A stretch of DNA of 64,000 bases, taken from the NCBI GenBank assembly GCA_964016885.1, contig OZ024742.1, positions 141,856,001 to 141,920,000 of the forward strand, in the 5' to 3' direction. Source of the DNA: Eledone cirrhosa. Lineage: Eukaryota. Positions 25,108 to 37,622 of this stretch are shown in pieces (position 1 is the stretch's first letter; each line of letters starts with the position of its first letter). The position numbers and the translations under genes are program-made. Under the pieces are notes generated by a model. That model was given only the letters and a program-made list of their open reading frames with translations, made no database searches and was not told the origin of the DNA.

Positions 25108-25531
25108 GTACATCACAAGTCTAAACACTAAAGATGAGATGCATGTGTGAGTATGTATGTTCTTTCTTGAACATGGCGGACCTTGTTGTTTCTTGAGGTC
25201 ACTGGTTGTGACTTGGTGATAACTCGTATGAACATAAAGCAAGATAAATGCAACTGTAATAATAATAATAATAATAATAATAACATCAATGAGTGAGACT
25301 CGAAGAGTAATAACAATAATAATAATAATAATAATGATTTCTTTATTGGCCATCAAGAAAAACATTACAGACGGCACAGAACGGTACAGGACGGTACGAT
25401 GTGGGTTTTGTGCGTGTAAATATTTTTATTATTTATATAACCTCCTAGGGTTACGCGTGGCGAAAACCACACAAAAGACCACGGCCACCCTGACCACCAG
25501 GGCAAGCGCCCTCTCTCAATTTTTCCATTTC

Positions 25532-28500
25532 TCAAACTACAGACGTATATTCAGAGCGGACCATTCTCGCTACATTCACCCACCTTTCAACAAACTTGCT
25601 AGAAGGCAGCACTTGTCTCTCCACCCTGATTTTCCTCTTCAAGTGAAACTTGAAAAAGTTAATTAGGGATTCGCCGAAGAGGCCTTTCAACCTTGTCCAC
25701 CACACAATCTCTTTCGAAATGGCCACCAGGCAGATGAAAACCACCTGCCCTTCCTCCTCGAAGGAAGACGGCGAGACCATCTGCACAATGGTCTCAGTCG
25801 ATAACCGGATCAGTCCTACACGCGACAGCAACTGTTCAACATAGCTCCACAAGTCAGCAATGCTCGGGCACTGAACGAGTGCGTGCACGACGGTTTCGTC
25901 GCTCTGCGCGCATCTCGGACTGGCTCGGCTGACGGCACTCCCGTGCCTGTAGAGCTTATCTCGAACCGGCAACGCTCCCGGTAGCACTGCCAGGCCAGGG
26001 ATTTTTGGAAGTTATCCATAGGCCTAGAACGCCGAGGTGGATGTTCCACCGATACTGGTGCCCAGCTGGCAGAGGGCAGTGAGCGCCTGGAGACATTCCA
26101 GTTTCCAAGCGCTATTCCTCGGTCTTTTTCTGACCCAGCACTGCAGCTCCGTCAAGGAGACGAGCTGTGGGAAAACGTGCCTGGCGAACGGCGACCACAC
26201 CTGTTCACCGTCAAGGAAGCACCAGAGATGTCGCAGCCTCAGCGCATGTTTGCGCATCATCAGCCATGGCATGCCCAGTACTCCACGCAACGGGTGTTGA
26301 CAGCAGATGGATCTTCTGACCATGGGAGCGCGTCCCTTCCACAAAAAGCGGAAGAGGAGGCGCTCCATTTTGGTGAGAGTTGGGCCGGAACAAGGGAAGA
26401 CGGTGAGGCGGTAGCTGATGACGGATGCGATGTACGCATTCGCCACCTCCGCCCGGCCTTTCAGGGACAGCTTCCTCTTGGCCCATTTCTGAGTGAGAGA
26501 GGCTACCATGCTCGTCACCTCGTTCCAGCTTTTCTCCATCTGGAGGTCTTGTCCGAACCAGACCCCGAGCAATTTAACCGGTCCGTCCGTCCAACGCTCC
26601 ACGACGCTGTCGGACGGCATGGACTTGCCTCTCCAGGTGCCGAGCTGCAAGCCCACTGACTTTTCCTGGTTTATCTTTGTTCCTGTCACCGCTTCGTATT
26701 CCTTGAGAGCGGTGCCGAGCATCTGGACGTGTCTGGTGCTCGACACCACCATGGTGACATCGTTGGCGTAAGCCGACTCGGATTTCCCGCATCCTAGTTC
26801 GCGTGGGACGCCCCTCATCGCCCCCAGTTTGTGCAGTAACGGCTCGAGAGCCAATGCGTACAAGAGGGACGAGAGGGGACAACCCTGGCGGACTGAGCGC
26901 ATGATGCTGAACGGCTGCGACAGGTGACCGTTCACCCTCACAACTGAGCAGATGTCGCTGTACATCGCTGCGATCCAACCCCTGAAAACGGGCCCCTGAA
27001 AACCGGCTGCTTTGAGGACCGCCGCCATGTACCGATGGCCGACCCTATCGAATGCTTTGGATTGATCCAAGTTGATCAGGGCCCCACCCGTGCCAGGTTC
27101 GTTAACTACCCTCTCTATGATGTATCGCATGAGGTGGAGGGTGTCGTGTATGGATCTGTTCGGAATGGCGCATGTCTGCGACTCTCCAACCAGACCCCCG
27201 ACGACAAGCGCCAACATTGTTGCTAATACCTTGGCCAAAATCTTGAACTTTGCGTTTAGCAGTGTTATGGGCCTAAAATGATCGATAACAACCCCCTTGT
27301 TCGGGTCTTTTCTCAGCAGCGCCACTGCTCCTCGGCTCATAAAACTGGGAATGTTCCCGTTCTGCTGCCAGTTGCAGTAGATGTCTGCCAAGATGTCACC
27401 GAACAAGTCTGGCATAAATGCATAAAGCTCGTAGGGCAAACCATCCAAACCTGGCGATTTACCCCTTGTGCAGTTAGCCATCGCTTCCCGTATTTCACCA
27501 ACTGTTATTGGCTTTTCGCAACACTGTGCTGCGGTCGTCGAGAGCCGAGGCAGTCCGTCGAGGTATGCACTGAAGTCCATGCCCCGATCCGGGCCGCCGC
27601 TGTTCCCGAACAGTTCAGCAAAGCGCTGCTGAAAAGCTTCACACATCCGCTCGGGTTCGATCATCACGCACCCGTTTTGGTCAGACAAAGACCGAATTGT
27701 GGCTTTGTTGCCACGTCGCGCCTCTGCCACCCGGGCCCATTGGACGGCTTTTGTCCCCTTGTGTTTCAGAGCACGCTATCTAGCTCTGACAACGCAGCTT
27801 TCGTGTTTTGCGCTGAAGAATTGGTCGAGTGCCAATCTCGCCGCAAGCACGTCGGTTGCGATGCCTGTCCTAAACGCCTCTTCTAGCTTTCTGACTAGCT
27901 CTCCCTCTACTCTATTTTCCTCTATCACTACTCCTTTGCTAAACCTAATCGACTCTACTTTAATTGCCCTTATCAGGGCGAACCACCACCTGTTGTTGAC
28001 GACCGCTCCCGTCAACGCCCGCTTAACTAATACGCTAATCCGGTCTCTGTAGACTTTGCGCGCCGGGAAAGATACGTTCAGCTTCCAGTAACCGGGCCCT
28101 TGTCTATGACGTCTGTCTATGTCGATCTCACAGATCACAAATTTTTGGTCTGTGTAGTCGACTATTTTAAATTGTGGACAACTTATACTAGCCTTATCTA
28201 GTTCTCTGCAGAATACCCTATCGAGATACGGATCTAGATGACCCGATGCGGTTTGTCCATGTCCACATTGGCACATTCGGGTGATCCAGTCGATACCTGT
28301 CAGACAGTTCAAAACGTCTGAGCAGGTTGGTGAGGCTCTTGCACCCTCCTCCCCTATCCACTAGCCCCACACAATCCCAGCGTGCATCCAAGATACCGTT
28401 CCAGTCGCCCACTAACACTAAAGAGTGGTGCGTTCCAAGAAAGGTCTCTAGACGTCTGAAGAAATCTGGCCGTCCTGCCCCGTTGGGGCGTAGACGGCTA

Positions 28501-28825
28501 CTAGCCTGAAAGCATTGCCTTCTCTGCCGGTCACGTCCAGCACCACCGACTTACCTTCTGGGTCTAGGGAGATGGCCCGTATGGCAAGATCCAAGCCTCT
28601 CCGAAAAAGGACGGCAACCCCTCCCCCCGATCCTGGACGGCTGGGAGATGCGTATACATTGTAGCCGCCGAAGATCGGTGCGAAGGCTTGTGCTTCGGAG
28701 ATTCTGGTCTCACTGATGGCCACCACATCTATGTTTAGTGACCTGAGGTCATTGAGCAGGTGGCCCTGCTTCCAAGATGACCCCAGGCCACGTGCATTTA
28801 ATCTGCCTATTCTGAGTACGGCCAT
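25532..28825 (-). pseudogene. Tx1-like ORF2 (APE endonuclease - RT - zinc finger), broken into at least 6 frames
   Basis: LNARGL, SETR, GGGVAVL, VYAP, GDWN, LDRVF, GPGYWKLN, KSPGLDGLP, FRPITLLN, LDQSKAFDRV, RQGCPLS, AYANDV, CAQSDETVVHALVQC. Confidence 0.88.
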
Positions 28826-29186
28826 GTTGGATTAGAAACGGGGCAAGTGAGAAAGGGTCACTTACCTTGATCGTGTGGTGAAGGGACAGTAGAACCGTCC
28901 CTTTCGCTGGTCATAGGTGTTTCCAAGAGGATGTCAGTGTATATCCTCTTGGTAACCGATCCTCTGAAGTCTCTAACTGCGTTGGGGAATTTTTGTTTTA
29001 AAGGTTTGTGCTGTTCTATTGAGATTTCAATGATGCTTATGTTTGTCGGGAGAGTTCTTGGTGTTGGTGGGGTGTAGTAGTTTTTTTGTGATGACTGTGT
29101 GCTGCTTTATATATTGTATGAGTTCTTTTTTTGCCATGTTTATGGCTGTGCATTTTTTGGGGGGAGGGGTGATTTTGTTGCTGTTT

Positions 29187-30300
29187 TCATCTTGTTGCTG
29201 TTTGGTGTGTGTGTTTTGTTTGCGTTGTTGGTGTTTTTGGTGATGCTGGTGGTGGTGTTGTTGTTGTTGGCGGTGGTGCTTGTGGTGGTGATGGTGATGG
29301 TGGTGGTGTTGCTGCAAGTTTCCTTGCTGCCTTTACCCCTCTTTGTGTGCCTTCGCTTTTGAAGGGTGAATCTAAGGGGTTCTTTCTTTTTTGTTTTTTT
29401 TTGTGGATGACCGTTTGCCACTTCACTCCCGCCTCAAACTCCATGTCGGATTCCGTGGCGTCTGGGAGGGGTATGTGCTCCACGGCTGTTGATGGTGGTA
29501 GTGGAGCCCTCCTCGGCAATTTTGTTGCTGGTGTAGCTACTTCAAATGTAGCTATTTGTGTTGCTGCCATTGTTGCTGCTGCTTTAGTTGTTCGTGGCCT
29601 TGGTACGGGTGCCACGGACAGTGCCTTCCTACTCACCTTGGAAGGGGCTTCTGCGTTTGTTGCCTGCCCTGCTCTTGGTAGCAGCGGACCAGGTATTGGA
29701 AGGAGAGGGGCCTCCTTCTTCGCTGTTTTCTGCGGGCAAAAGGCCCTGAGGTGACCCTTCGACCCACAGAGATAACATTTTGGCCGTCTTCCTTCTACGC
29801 TTATAGGGAGTTGGAGTCCTTCCTCGATGTCTATGATATCGGGGATAGCATCGATACATTCCTGGTCAGTTTGTATAAGCATTTGCATGCCTATACCTGA
29901 CCAGTTCTCTCTCCCTATTTTCTCTACTTGCAGCATGGTCGTCCTGTACTCGATTCCAGCAAGGACAGACACGGCCAGCCAAGGTATGGGCAAGTCGGAT
30001 GGGACCTGGGTCACTTTGACCCTCACAATTTTCTGCCCGCAGTAGGAGGGCACCAAGACTATCTCGTCACTCTTTTGGGTTTCCAAAGAGTGAAACTTTG
30101 CTTCCTGGGGGTGGCGAAAAGTACGTCTACTGTGGCGTACTTTCTACCTCGGATGATGTGGGTTTTGTGTGCCCAGACGCACCCCAAGGCCTTTTGGATT
30201 TGAGCCTCCGTGGCTCACTCCACCCGATGTGAGATTTTGCTTACGGTGCGGTAAGTCACCGTCCGTAGCTGCTGGTCCTTGAAAAAATCGGGTGGAGGCG
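29187..30300 (-). pseudogene. Tx1-like ORF1 (gag-like, CCHC knuckle, Pro/Thr-rich tail)
   Basis: ISVEGRRPKCYLCGSKGHLRAFCP in ORF 29187-30086. The N-terminal part lies in other frames up to ~30300. Confidence 0.8.
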
Positions 30301-31990
30301 AACTGGAAGGCCTTTTGCGGACAGTAAAAACGTTTAGCCATGACATCAGGAAGGAGTTTGGGCTTGACAAGTGTGCAAAAGCCACTTTCAAGAAGGGGAA
30401 GCTTGTCAACTCAGACACAGTTGAATTGGATGTTGAAACAATCATAAAGGAACTTGAGCAGGAACAAACCTATAAATTCTTAGGGATTAATGAGGGCTGT
30501 GGCGTACAGCATGCAAGTATGAAAGAGAGGATAAGGAAAGAATGTTACAGGAGAGTACGTGCAGTTCTGAGATCAGAATTAAACGCTCGTAACAAGGTGC
30601 TAGCCATAAATTCCTTAGCAGTCCCAGTTGTCAGTTATAGCTTCGGTGTGTTGAACTGGAATATGAGTGAAATCAAAGTCCGTAAGCTACTGACCTGTAA
30701 TAGGATGCACCACCCAAAAGCAGATATGGATCGTCTTTACCTTCCTAAAACTCAAGGAGGCCGCGGCCTGATCCAATTTGAACTTGCTTACAAGACCACC
30801 ATAATTGAACTGGCCAAATACCTTGAAACAACTAACGACTGTATGCTGAAACTTGTTGAAAAGCATGAGAGAAGTAAGACGCTTCATTCTATCTTGAAAG
30901 CGAGCAAAAAATATGCTACTGATCTCATGGTTGATACCCAGGCTGGACAGACTAAAGAAACTGTGGCAACTGGTGCTACTAGGCACATAAAATCACTGGC
31001 AAAAACAAAAGGGCAAGGACAATTAGCATCAAATTGGGAGCAGAAACCTCTGCATGGCAAATATGTGGCCCGTAGAAAGCAAGCTAATGTTGACCAAAAA
31101 CACACCCATCAGTGGCTACGTAGTTCAGGGCTAAAGGCGGAGAGTGAAGGCTTCATCTTAGCTGCCCAAGATCAAAGCTTATTGACTCTTAATTACCAGG
31201 CCAATGTGATGAGAAACGGAATAAACCCAAAGTGCCGATTCTGCAATGCTGAGGTTGAAACAGTGGATCACTTAGTCTCTGGATGTAAAGTTTTAGCACC
31301 AGTAGAATACAAATATAGACATGACAGAGTTGGCCAATATCTACACTGGTTAATATGTCGGCATTACAAATTCAAAGCTGAAGACAAGTGGTACAATCGA
31401 CACCCTGAGGCTGTGACTGAAGGAGAAAAAGTAACAATTCTCTGGGACTTTCCTATACATACTGACAGGACTATAAACGCAAATAGACCTGACATTATTG
31501 TAAAAGATCAACATAACAAGGTCTGTTTATTGATAGATATGAGAATCCCATGTGATCACAATATCGCGGCAAAAGAATTTGACAAGCTACGAAAATATAA
31601 AGGTCTGCTTGTTGAAATTGAGAAAATGTGGCACATCAAGGCCGTTACAATACCAGTGATTGTGGGAGGGCTGGGAATGACCAAGAAAGGAACAGAACAA
31701 TATTTGCCAATGATTCCTCGTTTACCCTCTCTGCACGAGGTGCAAAAGACTGTTTTGATTGGTACTGCACACGTATTGAGAAGAACACTATCTCTGTAAG
31801 ATTCATATTCCTCCTTGCATTTACATATGCATATGCACATGTGTATACTGTTTTTTTTTTGTGTTTTTTTTTTTAAATTATAATCAGTGTGCTGTATTAA
31901 CTGGCTTATCAATACACACTGTGAATTTATTTGCCCAGGGCGTCAGGAAGACACTCGGCATATATCTCAGAAACAATAATGAAAGAAAGT
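30301..31990 (+). mobile_element. 5'-truncated Dong/R4-like RLE element, family 2 (ORF to 31799)
   Basis: FGLDKCA, YKFLG, MHHPKA, GGRGL, CRFC..HLVSGC, RHD, NRPDII. 3' UTR ends in (AAT)n. Confidence 0.9.
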
Positions 31991-32011
31991 AATAATAATA
32001 ATAATAATAAT

Positions 32012-32811
32012 GCTTTCTTTATTAACCACAAGGGTTTACACAAAGTAGACATTAAGGACAATACAGGACGACGGTACAAATGGGCATTTCTGTGTGTAAA
32101 AAAAACAAAAAAAAGAGGAAGTAACAAAAAAAGAAACAATGAAAAATTCCCCAATAGGGGGGAGACTTCCGAGGGACATTCGTAGAGAAAGCCCATAAAA
32201 AAGCCACGGTGACCCTGACCACCAGGGCAAGTGCCTTCTCCCAGTTTTCCACCTTTAATTTACAGACACATACTCAGAGAAGGCCCATTCACTCGGGTCA
32301 TTCTTGCCTCAATCACACATCTTTCAACAAAATGCTGGGAAGAGAGCACTTCCCTCTTTACCCTGATTTTCCTTTTCAAATGAAATTTTAAAAAGTTAAT
32401 CAGGGCATCACCGAAGAGGTAAATTCTCGTCTTCAGCCCTTTCAAACGCGTCCACCATACTATCTCTTTCGCCATGGCCACAAGACAACGAAAAACTGCC
32501 TGCCCTTCCCGGCTAAAGGGAGAGGGCGAGACAATCCTCACGATGGACTCAGCTGATAGCTGGATCCGTCCTACACGCAGGTGTTCGACATAAACCCACA
32601 AGTCAGCAATGCTCGGACGCTGGACGAGTGCGTGCAGGACGGTTTCGTCGCCCTGTGCGCATCTCGGACATGCCCGGCTGACGGCACCTCCATGCCTGTA
32701 GAGTTTATCGGCAGCACTGCCAGGCAAGGGATTTCTTCCGAAGAGATTGGCTAGTTGATTTTCGTCGACGCCTAGAGTTTCCCCAAGTACGTCGTCGCTC
32801 TTCCCCTCCAC
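32012..32811 (-). mobile_element. 5'-truncated second Tx1-like copy (C-terminus plus 3' UTR)
   Basis: CPRCAQGDETVLHAL, homologous to 25532-25987. 3' end AATAAAGAAAGC-(ATT)n. (AAT)n on both sides. Confidence 0.88.
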
Positions 32812-32858
<47 letters not shown>

Positions 32859-32859
32859 T

Positions 32860-33013
32860 TATGTCAATATAAGTACATCACAAGTCTAAACACCTAAAGA
32901 TATGTGTGTATGTGTGTTCTTCCTTGACCATGGCGGACCTTGTAGTCTCTTGAGGTCACTGGTTGTGACTTGGTGATAACTCGTATGAACATAAAACAAG
33001 ATAAATGAAATAT
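32860..33013 (+). mobile_element. 3' UTR-only fragment of Dong/R4-like family 1
   Basis: Matches ~25098-25250. (AAT)n on both sides. Confidence 0.85.
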
Positions 33014-33037
33014 ACTAATAATAATAATAATAATAAT

Positions 33038-33221
33038 TGTTTCTACTTTTGGTACAAGGCCAGCAATTATCCCAGTGTATTACTGATACTTTATTTTATC
33101 GACCCCGTAAGGATGAAAGGCAAAGTTAATCTCGGCGGGATTTGAACTTAGACCATAAAGGGCCGTAACTCTTTGCTGCAAAGCATGCAATCCGACTCTC
33201 TACTGATACTGCCAATCCCAT
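33038..33221 (-). mobile_element. tRNA-derived SINE
   Basis: SINE consensus, flanked by (AAT)n. Confidence 0.85.
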
Positions 33222-33654
33222 AATAATACTAATAATAATTATAATTATAATAATAATAAGAAGAAGAAGAAGAAAAAGAATAAGGGAAGAAAACGCACAT
33301 GGTGGATATATCGTTATGGAATCGCTCCCGTAAGTTTCTGATTTTTACATACTTAAAACAACTGTGATAGAATAATTCGTATTACAAATGAATCATAAGA
33401 TTACAGTTTTGACTCTCAGCAAGCGACAACGCATCACATTACGGCATAGGGCCCCAATATTTAATATTTAATTTTGGATCAGAAATGTTAGTCAAAGAAG
33501 AGGAAAATGGCTACGTGGACAGACAGGCAAATAATTTCACCACCAACACCACCACCGCCACCATCACCACTGCCACACCAAAAAATCTAGCCAAGTTACT
33601 CCAACTTCTATTTCTACTTCAACTTCAACACCATCACTACAGTACTACGATCAC

Positions 33655-33800
33655 ATCATCACCACCACCACCACTGCCTCATTATCGCTACCGCCGCTAT
33701 TCTCTCCCACTACTTCCTACTAAGTACTACTAGCACATCACCACCACCATTGCCTCATTATGGCTACCGCCGCTATTCTCTCCCTCTACCTCCTGCTAAG
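33655..33800. repeat. Imperfect ~75-bp tandem duplication in CAC-rich low-complexity DNA
   Basis: CACCACCA..TGCCTCATTAT.GCTACCGCCGCTATTCTCTCCC occurs twice. Confidence 0.7.
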
Positions 33801-34084
33801 ACAGAGGTATCGTAGTATTCCCACTAAGTGAGGAAGGCATCAAAAGATATAAATAGAATGATTTGATGACCCTGTCAAAAAATCAAAAAATCAAAAATCA
33901 AAATCAAAACAGCACAGCAGCAACGCAAAACGTAAAGAAAAGAAAAAAGAAAAGAAAAACAAACAAACAAACAAATAAACAAAAAAACTAAGTCTGACAT
34001 TCAAACATTACATTACAATGAAACTTATGCTTATTTTTTTAGCTTTTTACCTATTTATTTGTTTATTTATTTATGTTCGTCTAC

Positions 34085-37000
34085 ACGTGATAGTACCACG
34101 CTAAAATCACAGGGTCTGATCAAATCACTGGGGGTGATGAAATCACCGATGGTTATGTAACCATACATTCACCAATCCTCGATATGACTGTTTCAATGTC
34201 GAACCTAAACAGTTCGAATAACGGTGAAGTGGAGACTGGAATGTCTTGTGACAGACTCTCACCCAACAGGTGCTCCCTGGCCCAGCAGCAGGGACCTGGC
34301 TGTCATCCAAATACTGCTGGTGTTGGAGGAAGAAGAAGAAGGAAAGGGACCAGAACCAGCTGGACGAAAGAATTGAATAGAACTGTTATGCAATGTTACC
34401 TGAAGAGTAACCCCAAGGAAAAAAGGCTATAGGAAACGGATGCATAGCTTCTGAAACGAGATTGGTCTATTTAAATTAAATGAAAAAAAATTGGCCGGGC
34501 AGGCTCGGGTAATAAGAACTAATGGGTGGATAAGCGAGCTGGAACTGGAGGAACTCAACAGAGAGATTAGATTGGAAATGGAGAGTGGAGTATGCCAGGC
34601 AAACGAGCCAGTGGGAGATGAAGGTGGAGAAGAGGTTGAGAGACCTGAGGAAGCATCCGAAGTAGACAATGATCTAAATGCTGAAATAAATAACATCTGG
34701 AACAAAGATACGGCCATTGAGGAAATGGATGCTGACGGGCTAGGACAAGATTTGGTTGATATCCTAAACTTAGTGGTAGATGAAATGAACAATGATAGTG
34801 GAAAACCTATGAACCTAAGATTTGTAGACAGGAAAAAGATAAAAGAAACAACAGGTAAGGTAAACAAAGTAATCCCATACCTTGAGTCAAGGAACCTTCA
34901 CCAGTGCAACAATATCCTCAAAGCAACAGCAAATGAGGTGAGGAAATTACTTGGCATTAAAGCGAGAGGAAACAACAAACAAGAAAGATTCTGATCTTTC
35001 TTGTTGGTGGAAGAAACGACTGAATGGTCAAAGCAGGGAAATGAGAAATGACATTGGAAAGCTTGAGTCCCTACTGAATGGGACACTACAAAACATAGAC
35101 ACTAAAAATTGACTGGAAATAAAGTACAAAACTAGGAGGAAAAAGCTAAATATTATCATAGAGGAACTGAAGCAACGCATTGTAGCAAAGAGCGCAAAGA
35201 TTAGGCGATACAAGAGCAGAGTCAGTCAGTATAGACAGAACCGCATGTTTGACAACAACCGAGGATGTTGTTTGGACAGTTTGAAGGGAAAGAAAGAGGC
35301 AACGACTTGATCCCTGAGGCGGAACAAACTAAGACATTCTGGAGAGGAATATGGGAGCAGGATGTTGAACATAATCATCAGGCAGTGTGGATTGAGACAG
35401 TACAAAAGGAGATAAGTGAACAGGCACACCAACAAACTGATTTGAGTATCACAGTTGAAACTCATAAGGGGCAGGCCAGAAAACTAACCAACTGGAAATC
35501 ACCAGGCCCAGATGGTGTTCAGGGGTATTGGATTAAAAATATAACACCCCTCCACCCAAAACTGACAACCATGTTCAATAACTGCTTGATGTCAGGTGAG
35601 GTACCAGAGTGGTTGACAAAAGGTACCACAGTTCTGGTAATGAAAGACCGAACCAAGGGTAATGACGTTACCAACTATAGACCTATCACATGTCTGTCCG
35701 TAATGTGGAGACTGTTAACAAGCATTGTGTCTGAGGAAATCTACCATCACCTCCACATAAACAACTTGTTACCGGACGAACAGAAAGGATGCCGAAAGAA
35801 GTCCCGTGGTACAAAGGTCCAGTTACTTATTGATAAGATGGTAATGAGGAATTGCAGGAGACACACTGGTCTTGCCATGGGATGGATAGATTACAAAAAG
35901 GCATTCGACATGGTACCTCATTCTTGGATAACCAAAAGCCTAGAGATCTTCAAGATGGCAGATAACATCAGACAGTTGTTGAGCAAAAGTATGAAGTCCT
36001 GGGAAACAGAGTTAACATCGGGTGGAGAATCCTTGGGAGGCGTGACGATCAAGAGAGGTATCTTCCAGGGAGATAGTTTGTCCCCTCTACTGTTTTCCCA
36101 TGCCATGATACCCCTGACCATTATACCGCGAAAACTGAGAGCAGGATACAAGTTGGGAAAAGGAGAGCTTACCATCAACCACCTCATTTTCATGGACGAT
36201 CTTAAACTCTTTGGGAAGAGAGAGAAGGAGTTTGATGTACTTGTTGACACCGTCCGTATTTTCAGCAATGATATATGTATGGAATTTGGTATTAATAAGT
36301 GTGGAGTCCTGGTGGTGAAGAGGGGTAAATTAAGCAGAAGCAACGGAATCCAGGTAACAACAGGTGAGATGATAAAGGAAATTGACACTGAAGAAGGATA
36401 CAAATATTTAGGTGTTCTGGACGCAGATGACATCAAGAACAAAAAAAATGAAGGAATTGATAAGATCTGAGTACATTCGCAGAGTAAGGAGCGTATTAAA
36501 ATCACATCTAAATAGTAGGAGTGTCATAAGTGCAGTAAATTCCCGAGCTGTGTCTATTATTAGGTACAGTGCGGGAATTCTGAAATGGAATGTTGCTGAA
36601 CAAAAAGAAATGGATAGGAAGACTAGGAAGCTATTGACTATCTACAACATTTTTTTACAAGAGGAGTGATGTCGATAGACTCTACTTAAGGAGATCTGAA
36701 GGTGGAAGAGGTCTTATCAACATAGAGGACTCTGTTCAGATGGAGAAACACAACCTTCACAAATATGTGACTGACAGTAGGGAGCCAATGCTCAAAATTG
36801 TACTGAAGGAGAAGACAATAGACCAGGGATGTCCAAGGAGGAATAACAACAAGAAGGAAGACCAACCTTCATGAAAAATACCTTCATAGCACCTTATTTA
36901 AGAAAACGGAATTCAGCGATCCACAGACATGGAACTGGTTAAAAAGCGGAGACCTTTAAAAAGCTACAGAAGGAATTCTGAGGCTGCGCAAGAGCAGGCC

Positions 37001-37622
37001 CTCAGAACGAAGTGGGTGAAACACCATATTGACAAAGAGGAGGCTAGCTCACTGTGTAGGATCTGTGGAGAGAGGAGACTGTGGTGCACATTGTATCCGA
37101 GTATAAACACCTAGCTCAGACTCACTATAAAGGCTGAAGACATGATGTGATGGGCAGGGTGATCCACATTCTGGGAAATGGTATGAGCATAAGCCAGAGT
37201 CGGTGATAGAAAACGATCAGCTGAAGGTGCTATGGGATTTTAGGATACAGATGGACAAGAAATTAGAACACAATAGGCCTGACCTGGTGGTTTTGGACAA
37301 GGGAAAAGGATTGTGCCTGATTGTAGATGTAGCCTGCCCATTTGACACGAGAGTGTAAGAAAAGGAGAGGGAGAAAATTAACCGATACCAGGATTTAAAG
37401 TGGGAGTTAAAATGGATTTGGAACTGCCATGAGATCAAGGTCGTCCAGATTGTCATAGGAGCACTAGGTACTATCTCAAAGGATGGTCAAAGAAGATTAG
37501 TCCAGCCCCGTTTTTTGGAACACTTCAAAAGGCATGCTTGCTGGGAACAGCAAGGACCCTCCGATACGTCATGAATATCTGAGGCTGCAGTTAAATAACA
37601 TCAATGACTGAGACTCAAAGAA
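34085..37622 (+). mobile_element. Near full-length, decayed Dong/R4-like RLE element, family 3
   Basis: N-terminal WTKELNRTVMQCY typical of R4/Dong. RT ORF 35265-36470 (NWKSPGPDGVQGYWIK, FMDDLK). Broken RLE (HNRPDLV, VDVACP). Short 3' UTR then (AAT)n. The 5' boundary is approximate. Confidence 0.88.

Larger units (their letters stand above)
25336..30300 (-). mobile_element. Near full-length Tx1/L1-clade non-LTR retrotransposon, frameshifted
   Basis: ORF1 with CCHC, ORF2 pieces with APE endonuclease, RT and C-terminal Cys motif. The 3' end AATAAAGAAATC runs into (ATT)n. Confidence 0.9.

Noticed and set aside
26177-27886. Plus-strand ORFs over the Tx1 RT
   Set aside because: Antisense shadow ORFs of a GC-rich coding region
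34112-34155. Hammerhead-like motif in the 5' UTR of the Dong-like element (CTGATCA-AATCAC..GTGAT-GAAATCACCGATG)
   Set aside because: G8 is C, the cleavage triplet would end in G and there is no clear stem I; not supportable from one decayed copy
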